Source of the DNA: Promethearchaeati archaeon
Lineage (GTDB): Archaea > Asgardarchaeota > Heimdallarchaeia > JABLTI01
Reading direction: 5' to 3'
Assembly (NCBI GenBank): GCA_013166835.1
Contig: JABLTI010000014.1
Coordinates: 1 to 41,401 of the forward strand
Length of the DNA: 41,401 nucleotides
The position numbers were made by a program, and so were the translations under genes. Positions 9,565-18,600 of the stretch are shown piece after piece. Within the stretch, counting starts at the first letter, position 1. Each line of letters starts with the position of its first letter. The notes beneath the pieces were generated by a model, which saw only the letters and a list, made by a program, of their open reading frames with translations, did no database searches and was not told where the DNA came from.

Positions 9565-10248
9565 CTATAAATTATCTGGGACCTCATGTCTTTTAAGAAT
9601 TTCAATTAACCAGTTAACAAAAGGTTGCCTAAAAGCATCAGTTGTTGGGTAAATGTCTTCAATACTATCTTCGGCTGATCCAGTAGCATTATACGCAACA
9701 ATACTCTTTAACGCAGATATTTCTATGTAGGGTATCTTAAACTCCTGCTTCTCAAACAGTTTTTCTGTAAAACTAACTGCTTCCTCTATATCTACTTGAT
9801 TTTGGTTATCTTGTCTTAAATCAGATTTATTACCACATATTAGAATGGGAATATTTCCCGCATGACCCCAAATAATATCCCGCCACTTAGATATAGCCTG
9901 AAAAGAATCTCTATCTGTGACATCAAAAACAATGATACCACCCTTTGCTCCATAATAGAAGAGAGAATGAAGATATGGAAAATATCTTTGTGATCGTAAA
10001 TCATAAATTCTTCCAATAATATTTACTCTTTGAGAATTTTCTTTTTTGAAGGGAATTTCAAGTGATGCAGAATAACCTCTACCTGCAATACCTGACCCTG
10101 TTAAAGCTTCAAGTAAGGTTGTTTTTCCTACCTTAGAATTACCTACTAATACTATTTTTACTGTATGTGATTTCTCTTCTTGAGAAGAGAATTTGGTTTC
10201 AATAGTAGGTTCCATGTTAATGTTCTCCAAACATTCGGAAACAACCAC
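9565..10248 (-). CDS. Rab-like small GTPase with degenerate G3 (probable ATG start 10215)
   Basis: G1 GNSKVGKT, G3 position YDLRSQR, FYYGAKGGIIVFDVT, G4 GNKSD, G5 SAL. Confidence 0.85.
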   Translation of the reverse strand: MVVSECLENINMEPTIETKFSSQEEKSHTVKIVLVGNSKVGKTTLLEALTGSGIAGRGYSASLEIPFKKENSQRVNIIGRIYDLRSQRYFPYLHSLFYYGAKGGIIVFDVTDRDSFQAISKWRDIIWGHAGNIPILICGNKSDLRQDNQNQVDIEEAVSFTEKLFEKQEFKIPYIEISALKSIVAYNATGSAEDSIEDIYPTTDAFRQPFVNWLIEILKRHEVPDNL

Positions 10249-10518
10249 TCATTATAGATGAATCTGTTTAGGAACAATGCCCATTAAATTTATTGGTTTG
10301 ATTCCTCTTTTAGGTATATTTCATTACAAGTGGTTTATAATCTTTTAAACTTTAAAATGTAATTTAAAATTCTTTGACGAGAAAGTTGACATCGATAAGA
10401 AATTTACTTTTCTAAAGTTGTTAGTAAAACTTCTTTTAATATATAAGGCAGAAGTTATTTAGAAGAATTCTATCTTAGAAATAACAGTAGATTAAATAAC
10501 TGTTTATTTGTTGAATGC

Positions 10519-11205
10519 ATGCGAGGATCCAAATTGAATAAAATAAAACAAATTCCGGTATTAGAACGAGTAGCAAAAGCTAATGAAATATTCGTAAATG
10601 AAATTCGAGAAAATTTCAGAAAAAATGATATTATTTGCTTTAATATTATGGGATCACCTGGTTGTGGAAAAACAACCTTCATTGAAAATACTATTTTAAA
10701 ATTAAAGGATAAGAAAAAAATCGCAGTTATCGAAGGGGATTTAGCGACAACAATTGATGCTGAAAGAATTCGTGATTTAGGAGTTGACGTCATCCAAATT
10801 AATACAGGGGCAATGTGTCACCTTGATGCAAGACTTATTCGTGAAGCATTAGCCAAAATGGATCTTAGCAATATCGATTATTTGTTTATTGAAAATGTAG
10901 GAAATCTAGTGTGCCCTTCATCACATGATTTAGGGGAAGATTACAGAATAATATTAGCTAGTGTTCCGGAAGGACCACATAAACCGAAAAAATATCCGGT
11001 TATCTATAAAGAAGCAGATGTTGTAGTAATAACAAAAGCAGATCTTTTAGAACATTTTCCAGATTTTACTGTTGAGACACTCTTTGGTCATGCAAAAGAA
11101 ATCAAGCCAGATATAATAACGTTCAAAGTAGCTCTCAAAGGAAAGCAAATCATAATGGATGAATGGATCCAATGGTTAATGAATACTAAGTCAAATAACC
11201 GTTGA
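10519..11205 (+). CDS. hypB: Hydrogenase nickel-incorporation GTPase HypB
   Basis: GSPGCGKT, VIEGD, INTGAMCHLDA, ENVGNLVCP, KPKKYP, TKAD. Confidence 0.95.
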   Translation: MRGSKLNKIKQIPVLERVAKANEIFVNEIRENFRKNDIICFNIMGSPGCGKTTFIENTILKLKDKKKIAVIEGDLATTIDAERIRDLGVDVIQINTGAMCHLDARLIREALAKMDLSNIDYLFIENVGNLVCPSSHDLGEDYRIILASVPEGPHKPKKYPVIYKEADVVVITKADLLEHFPDFTVETLFGHAKEIKPDIITFKVALKGKQIIMDEWIQWLMNTKSNNR

Positions 11206-11244
11206 ATGCTGATTTGTATTCCCTTTTTGTTCACTTACATTTGT

Positions 11245-11532
11245 TTATTGTTCATCATCAAATATAAAAATTTTAACTAATTCTTCTCTTAAATCATCCT
11301 TTACCATTTCAATTACTCGCGTAAAAGATTCATCAATGATGTTCTCTTCGATTTTGGCAATAAATTCAGTACTTTGAATGATTTTGTAAAATCTAGCCAT
11401 TGCTTTATCCATCGCAGGGATTACTGCTTCAGCAAATGCAGATAAGAATAGGTTAGATATTGCATTTTTATTTATCCAAGGTCGTTCAGCATAAATTTCC
11501 TTTAATTCTTTTGCAGATAATTGTTTAAACAT
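11245..11532 (-). CDS. Small helical hypothetical protein divergent from the actin-like operon (ORF track extends it to 11592)
   Basis: About 95-aa ORF from ATG at 11532 with GGTGG upstream; fills the gap between hypB and the actin-like gene. Confidence 0.6.
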   Translation of the reverse strand: MFKQLSAKELKEIYAERPWINKNAISNLFLSAFAEAVIPAMDKAMARFYKIIQSTEFIAKIEENIIDESFTRVIEMVKDDLREELVKIFIFDDEQ

Positions 11533-11672
11533 TTCTTCTTTCCCACCATTAGTTGATGAATAAGGTGTTGAATCGTTATTAATCTTTAACAAACCTATTG
11601 TTTTATAGATTAAAAATTTTCATATCTTTTTTCTAAAGATGTTAAAATGGGAATACTTTTTATCTTAATCTT

Positions 11673-11717
11673 TGATTTAAATCATAAGGTTTTAAGTTGA
11701 GTTATGTTAAATTAACA
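11673..11717. promoter_or_regulatory. Two palindromes in the divergent promoter region of the actin-like operon
   Basis: TGATTTAAATCA (11673-11684) and TGTTAA-A-TTAACA (11705-11717); AT-rich background weakens the signal. Confidence 0.3.
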
Positions 11718-11759
11718 CCTACCCAAAACAGATAATTCATTGGGAGATTTGATTAAGGA

Positions 11760-12833
11760 ATGTCTTTACGTCCAACATACAGAGCAATAGGCATTGATTT
11801 AGGTACGTCAACCATTAAGCTTTCATGTGCTTCGCATCTCAAGAAAATTCCTTCAATTGTAGGAGCCCCACTTGAAGGTTGGAGAGGATTCAGTGGAGAT
11901 TCTTCTTTGGAAAAAAACCTCGTTATTAGTGATGGAACAAGAAGTCTCTATGTTGGGGAATTAGCACGATTACAAAGTGAAATCAAACGTGAAATCGCAA
12001 GTGAAGGAAAAGTGAAAAGCATTGAAGACGCTGTGCTAGCGATAAAGGCTGTTTTAGCTTTAATTACTGATAAGAACTATGATGAAATCATAATGGCTAC
12101 AGGAGTTCCAGTAGCTTCATCAAAAAAAGAAATGGTAAAACTTGCTAAGGGATTGAAAGGCGCATTAGATATCAATGTTGAAAACGAAGCAACGGGAGAC
12201 AAAATAAAGCGTTTGCTTTCGATTAAGCATTGCATTGTTATGCCTGAACCCTTTGGGACTTATTATTATACTTTGAAAACCCTGGGAGAATCGAGAGCTG
12301 TAGATGCAATTGTAATTGATGTTGGCCATGGATCTACTGATATTTTAACACTTTATGAGGGTAGAGTTATGCGCCAAGCTTCTGGTAGTTTAGAAGAAGC
12401 AGCTGACACATTAACCCACAGAATTGCCCAGGAATTACAAAATCAAACTGGAAAAATAATTAGACCCTTTGATCTTATGTCATCACTTTCACAAGGAAAG
12501 GATGTTTTAACTATTGCCGGTGAACGATGGGATATTCTAAGTATGAAAGAATATCATATCGAAATCATTGCTGATGTAATTCTTGATGAGGTTAATAGAT
12601 TAATAGGAACCTTACCACCAGACGCAATTATTGAGAAGGTTATTCTCTGTGGTGGGGGAATGCATATATTCGGAGATAGATTGAAACTAGGTTTTGAACA
12701 AGCAGGATTAGCAGAACATCCTGAAATGCTGATATTACCTGAAAATCCAGTTATGTCAAATGCAATGGGTTTTGAATTATTTGCCCGAAGATTCATATCA
12801 GGCTTAGGAGATGATGGATACAATGAGCTCTAA
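11760..12833 (+). CDS. ParM/StbA/Ta0583-like actin-fold ATPase
   Basis: Phosphate-1 IGIDLGTSTIK, YVGELA, ATGVPV, connect-1 VMPEPFGT, phosphate-2 IDVGHGSTDI, adenosine LCGGG, connect-2 SNAMGF. Confidence 0.9.
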   Translation: MSLRPTYRAIGIDLGTSTIKLSCASHLKKIPSIVGAPLEGWRGFSGDSSLEKNLVISDGTRSLYVGELARLQSEIKREIASEGKVKSIEDAVLAIKAVLALITDKNYDEIIMATGVPVASSKKEMVKLAKGLKGALDINVENEATGDKIKRLLSIKHCIVMPEPFGTYYYTLKTLGESRAVDAIVIDVGHGSTDILTLYEGRVMRQASGSLEEAADTLTHRIAQELQNQTGKIIRPFDLMSSLSQGKDVLTIAGERWDILSMKEYHIEIIADVILDEVNRLIGTLPPDAIIEKVILCGGGMHIFGDRLKLGFEQAGLAEHPEMLILPENPVMSNAMGFELFARRFISGLGDDGYNEL

Positions 12834-13515
12834 GAAACCACCTGCAAAGAAAACAGAAAGTAAGAGCACTAAAGCTAAGACCAAAACTAAGCCTAAGTCT
12901 AGTGCTAGTAAGAGAAATGAAAAATTAAAAAAACCAGCTCCAAAAGAGGTTAAAGAGTCTCATGAGGATTCTGATAGGAGTAAACGAAGAAGCTTAATTT
13001 CAGCTTTAAAGAGAGGAATTTCTACTAAAGGTGATAGTCCTTCAGCTTCATCAAAGGATCCTATGAATATTGTAATTACACTTAGTCCTGCTAAGCATGC
13101 AGATATTATTGAATACATTGAAGAAACAGTCCCTGGCGGTGGTAGAGCCGAATGGGTTCGTGACTCGATTAGACTGAAAATGAGAATTGAACGTGGTGTT
13201 TATGGTTTAAACACCTCTGGACAAGATGAAACGCAAAAAGGAACAGATGAAACCCTTCAAACAGTTTTTGGACAATTCGCTGAAGTTATGACGAAAGTCA
13301 TGTCAGATCTTAAATCAGAGCAACCAGCTACAAGACAGGTTCAAGCATCTTCTGATACGGAACGACCAAGACCTCCCCCACGTGAAAGAGCAGATCGAGG
13401 GGGTCCTCCTCAGCTAAAGAAAGTTGAGGTTAAAGATGATAAGCAATTGGAAGAACTGAAACCTGATAGACCATCCTTAGATGATGCTATTGGTGCCATT
13501 GTTATAGTTGAATAA
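12811..13515 (+). CDS. ParR-like ribbon-helix-helix protein with Lys-rich N-tail and Pro-rich linker
   Basis: Overlaps the actin-like gene; MNIVITLSP..HADIIEYIEE..GGGRAEWVRDSIR fits strand-helix-helix; RPRPPPRE; terminal PSLDDAIGAIVIVE. Confidence 0.65.
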   Translation: MMDTMSSKKPPAKKTESKSTKAKTKTKPKSSASKRNEKLKKPAPKEVKESHEDSDRSKRRSLISALKRGISTKGDSPSASSKDPMNIVITLSPAKHADIIEYIEETVPGGGRAEWVRDSIRLKMRIERGVYGLNTSGQDETQKGTDETLQTVFGQFAEVMTKVMSDLKSEQPATRQVQASSDTERPRPPPRERADRGGPPQLKKVEVKDDKQLEELKPDRPSLDDAIGAIVIVE

Positions 13516-13533
13516 TTGGAATGAGGATTAACT

Positions 13534-14649
13534 ATGAATATTCTTTACAAAATACCTCTTGAAGCAAAAGATCTTACTCAATTTCTTGAAGAAGAAAAGA
13601 ACTTCCTAATAGGGTTCCTAAAATTATTGGAAGAAGTAGATACAAGTGGGCTAAGTAAGAAAAATACAGATATTATTTCTCAGTTGAAAGATATACTTCT
13701 GGCAGAGGTTGATAAAATATTTCCCTCAAAGAATCCTCAAAATCAAATTCAAGCTCTACTCTCTTTAGCAAGAAATCTGGCAAAATCCTTTAACAAGGCA
13801 AAAATAGAAGATCTTGGAATTGTCAATAGATGGGTTTTACTTACAGATGGTTATCTTGGCAGCTTTGTAGAAAAAGATTATGAGATTGCTATTTTGTTAT
13901 ATTTAATTTCAGCAATTTATCAAACTCGTGCTCTTGCACATGTTCAGACAAGTCCACAGTATCGTTATTATCATATCTCATCTTTGTCTGCATTGAAAGG
14001 AGCAATTTTGTTTATGGAGTGTGTAGCTCCACAAGAAGAACACTATTCGTATCCGTTTTACAATTTACTCCTCCTAAGAAAATTGGAGGTTGAAGCTGAA
14101 GTCACTAAATCTGAAGCTTTTATTGCTCGTAAACAAGGTGATTTCAATCGTGCATCTAAGCTTTTTGCTGGAGCAGCTTCATTTCGGTTTTCTATGATGA
14201 GTTATGAGTTACCAAGTGAATCTGACAATAGGGTGAAGATTTATGCATCCACTGAATTAGGAATGGCTTGTTTCTATATTGCAGTTGGACACTCTAATCT
14301 TAATGAATCCCAACAAGCTCACTCATATCTACTAAAAGCAAAAAGTTACTTTGAAAATGCTGCGAAACTTTCAGAGGACAATACCGAGCTCTTAGAAGCA
14401 GCAAATAAGCGATTAGAATTAGTTAATCCTTACATAAATAGAATTCAAGATACGATTGAAACTAAGGATGTAAAAATCGAGGATATTGCTGACCCGCAAC
14501 CATTAATGATTCATCCTGATCCTGAACCTCTCTTTACTCCGAATGATAAAACCGAAGGACCACTTAGAATTTGTTCTAACTGCGTTAAAAAAGTAGTCTG
14601 GGCTGATGTTTGCTCAGAATGTGGTGAAACTATAATCCCGTTTGAGTAA
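13534..14649 (+). CDS. Alpha-helical TPR-like protein with C-terminal Zn ribbon
   Basis: Ala-rich helices GDFNRASKLFAGAA, AHSYLLKAKSYFENAAKL; CSNC..CSECG. Confidence 0.65.
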   Translation: MNILYKIPLEAKDLTQFLEEEKNFLIGFLKLLEEVDTSGLSKKNTDIISQLKDILLAEVDKIFPSKNPQNQIQALLSLARNLAKSFNKAKIEDLGIVNRWVLLTDGYLGSFVEKDYEIAILLYLISAIYQTRALAHVQTSPQYRYYHISSLSALKGAILFMECVAPQEEHYSYPFYNLLLLRKLEVEAEVTKSEAFIARKQGDFNRASKLFAGAASFRFSMMSYELPSESDNRVKIYASTELGMACFYIAVGHSNLNESQQAHSYLLKAKSYFENAAKLSEDNTELLEAANKRLELVNPYINRIQDTIETKDVKIEDIADPQPLMIHPDPEPLFTPNDKTEGPLRICSNCVKKVVWADVCSECGETIIPFE

Positions 14650-14715
14650 ATGATAAAACATAAATTTGTTAAGCAAATTATCCATAGTAAATCATGTTAA
14701 AGGAATGGACTAACG

Positions 14716-15453
14716 GTGCTAATCCACAAATATCGAACCACAAGGTCTCTTAAAATTTGTTACTGGGGACCAAGTATGGCTGGGAAAACATTCACTGTAA
14801 CTGCTATTAAAGTAATGAAGTCCTTAGAGGATCCGAAAAGTGTTTTCGATTTTGTAACAGTTAAAGATCAGGAAACCGGGAAAACTGTTTTCTTTGACCA
14901 GGCTGTTTTTGGTTTTGGATCAAAACCTGAATCGGATGAATTTCTATTCAAAATTCATGTTTTTACTACAGCAGGGCAAAGAAGACTAAAAGAAACAAGG
15001 AAAGTCGTTCTACAAGGAATTCATGGTTTAGTGCTTGTTGTCGACGCTGATTTGAATAATTGGGATGAAAACATATGGTCTTTACAAGAACTCAAAGAGC
15101 TAAAAGGCGAGGACATCAAAGAACAAAAAATCCCGTATACTGTTTTTGTAAATAAACAAGATCTTCCATGGGGCACAAAAATCTCACATAGACATATCAA
15201 ACAACTATTTGATGCAGCAGATGTTTCAGATCTTTTCCCCGAATTAGAAGGAAATGTATTTAGTGGTTCTTGCCAGCAAGCTAGAGCTGATTTGAAAAGC
15301 CTTCTAAGTAATACCCCAAAAGACGTTATTCTTAGTTCTGAAGGCCATTTTAAAAGAGAATTTAGACCGGATTCATTTAGTCCCTTGATGAAATCAATGG
15401 AAGATATTGTAAAACAGATTCTTAAAAAAGAGTTTTTGGCAACTAAGACTTAG
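14716..15453 (+). CDS. MglA-family small GTPase
   Basis: KICYWGPSMAGKT, KTVFFD, TTAGQ, RKVVLQGIHGLVLVVDA, NKQDLP match MglA-type motifs. Confidence 0.87.
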   Translation: MLIHKYRTTRSLKICYWGPSMAGKTFTVTAIKVMKSLEDPKSVFDFVTVKDQETGKTVFFDQAVFGFGSKPESDEFLFKIHVFTTAGQRRLKETRKVVLQGIHGLVLVVDADLNNWDENIWSLQELKELKGEDIKEQKIPYTVFVNKQDLPWGTKISHRHIKQLFDAADVSDLFPELEGNVFSGSCQQARADLKSLLSNTPKDVILSSEGHFKREFRPDSFSPLMKSMEDIVKQILKKEFLATKT

Positions 15454-15637
15454 TAACTTGTATGGAAAATCAAGTTTTTTTGTAATTATAGGTAGTTATT
15501 TGTAGGTGTTTTGACATGATTTTTTCTTAGAAAATACTATATTTATATTTAAAGTGGTCTAAAAAGTATATAAATAGAAAACGTTCGACAAGAAGCTGGA
15601 CTCTTATTTGTTTAGTTAAAAGCAGGGGTGCGTAAGT

Positions 15638-18600
15638 GTGTTCAAGAGATTCTTCAGATGGTTAAGAAAGATTTTCGGTAGAAAGAAACAAGAAGTAGTT
15701 GTAGAAGAGGCACCTGTTGAAGTTGAAGTTGTAGAAGAAGATGTAGGAGATATTATAGAATACAGTCCTGATGTCTTCGAAGTAGATGAAGGGGAACTTT
15801 TCGAGGAACGAAAAGAACTTGAACAACAAGTAAGAAATCTTAAGAAAACAAAAGAAGATGCCTTGTCTATTGGAGAGATTATAGATCATTTATCTTCAGA
15901 AGAAGACATTTTCCACGCTTTGGGTGCAGATGATTTCTGGAATGCAACTGGTTATTGTGATACTGTTCGAGAGAAGTTCAATAAAGCTAGAGCTGACAAA
16001 GATAAAGAACAACAGCTTAGGCATTATTGGCACTCAAATAAAATGTATATGCGTTCAGTTGAAGCTTATAGAGATGCTATTGCGAGAAGTGATATGCTTC
16101 GGGCAAGAGTTATGCTGCTCAACATTCGTATGTTATACGATGTTTTAATTGAAATGCATCGCTTAAATCAAAAAGTCATTCCAAAACCCCAGACATTAGA
16201 TGTCGAAATGCGAAAAGAATATGTCAAAGACATTCTTGTTGAAATTTTAGAAAAAAATAGCTTTCCTTTGAGTGTAAAAGAAATCCTTTCCGAAGTAATG
16301 AAAGGTGAGCGAAAATCTATTCTAGAGCTTTTAACTGAAGAATCAATTCAATTCTATATTCAATCTCTCGTTGATGATGAATTCATCAAAAGGATTGAAC
16401 GTATTATTGAATATGCTCCTCCCCCACTTCCAAATGTTTCTCCTGAAATGAGAGAACTCATTCCTGAAAAGATTTACGAAGATTCATTTACTCCTGATGT
16501 AAAGATGTATCGTCGAGAGGATATTGGAAGAGAGGAACTTTCTGCTCTTTTTCCACCAGAAATTTACAAAGGATTACAGGAAAAAGGGTTCTATCGTATT
16601 GAAGATGTTCAAGGGCGACTTGAAGAATTACAAAGAATTCTTCTCGAAGAATTGCAATTTGAACCTGATATGACAACTATCTCAATCGGGATTCTCAGTG
16701 AAAGACTTGGTCGGCTTGATGGTACACAACAAATAGTGGCTGATGAGAGATCTTTACTCGATAGAAGAAGACAAGAACTTTTAGCAGAAGCTGCTGTTGG
16801 TGAAGCAGTTGAAGGTGTGAAAGAAGAACCTGATGGGAAGAGAGAAGAATTCCATCAGATTGTACATCAAGATATTATTAATTCACCTATTCCGCGTCCT
16901 TATCAATTGGAAGCTTACTACATGTTCAAGGGAGACCATTATAATGCAAGTATAATTGATTCACCAACTGGTTCTGGAAAAACTCTAATGGGTATGATGT
17001 GTATTCAAGATTTCATAAGAACCTTGAGAACGGACGAATCAATTTTGATTGTTGTCCCCACTCAAAATTACCAGTCTCAATGGGTTGATTCTATTTGTTT
17101 CAATGAAATTGGTTTGCAAATATCACCAACCTTTGTGTTTTCAGGTACAATAACTCAACTTGAAAATTTCATAACTAAAACCAGAGAAATACCTCCTATC
17201 ATAATTTTAACCTATACTTCATTAGCACAAGTTTTAGGAGCAAAAACCAAAAAAGAAAAGGAATTAAAGGTCCTTATTAATTGGTTAGGAATTCGTAGCG
17301 TTATTTTTGACGAAGCCCATAAAGTTGTGGAACAAGAAACGAGTGCAACTTATGAAGTTACTAAACGGATTGTAAAATTGTTTAAAGGTGCCCATATTGA
17401 AAACTTGATTGGGTTTTCCGGAACAGCAAAAGCCTATGAGAAAGCGTTCAAGCGCTTAGGTCTAAAATTGATTTACGTGGTTCCTGAGAAAGAACTAGTT
17501 TTGCATGGATTTGTTGCTCCTATTGCAGAACTTGGTGTAACCTTTGCGTATTCTGGAAGAGAGAAAGCGATTAGGGAAATTCATAATGAAATCAAAGTGA
17601 ATATGAAACAGATCTGGAGTTATTTTGGATATAACAATATGCGAAGAGAATTCCAGAAAATACCTATGAATGATCGCTTATTTATTTGTAAGGAACTTTT
17701 AGGTATGTATCAAAGTTATCGAAGTGAAATGGTTACTGAAAAACTAAGATCAAAATTTGCTGATTGGGCTCCAAGTAGGGAAAAAGGTCCATTAACGCTT
17801 AGTGATGCAAATTTAGTTCAAGCGGTTCAAATTTACAATGGGTGGTCGGATATTTCTATAGCGTATAATTCCACTCATACTAATGCTGCTCGTGAAATTG
17901 TCGAAGAAACTGAGCAACTTGTAATGAGATTAGAGCAATTAATCCGAATTCCAAGTTTAAGAAAAATGATTACAAGTGAGAAATATGGAAAGCGAATGCC
18001 TAGACGTCAGACATTTTACAATATAAGAAAGGAATCCAAAGACCGCAGAGAATCAATGAAGAAAGTTAGAGATATAATGTGTTCTACAATGGTTGGTGTT
18101 TATAAAGCACTTGATGCTTGGGCAAGAACAAAAATTGGTGAAGGTAGAGTTGGTACTTTACAATCAATAATTAACGCTGAAGAAGATATTCGAGATGTAA
18201 AGGGAGTAGTAATTTTTGATAGAGGTCGAACAATTAAGATGGAAGATGAATCTGGAATAGGATCGCCAGGATTCTCTGGTGTGGGAGGAAGTTTTGCTCA
18301 GAGCTTAGGAACTGATATTATAAAATATAATCCAATTGCTGTGCAATCCTCTGAGATGTATATAAGCTATAATCCAGAACTTGAAAGACCATTACAATCA
18401 ATGATGGCTGATTTTATTAGAAATGATGTTATTGTTGACAAGCTAACAGAACGGCTTTTCATGGAATTAATCTATGAACTTCCCTTCCAAGAACAATTGA
18501 GTAATTTCATTTATCTCACATTTAGGGAATTAATGACAAAATATGCTTCCACTTTGAAGAAAGTTTTCAGAGCAAGATATGGAGAATTCGCACGCAAAGT

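Noticed and set aside
11760-12833. Call as eukaryote-like Asgard actin or as MreB
   Set aside because: Lacks the conserved segments of bona fide actin and of MreB as I recall them; TGVPV, PEP.G and IDVG.GSTD with a downstream RHH gene fit the ParM/Ta0583-like group
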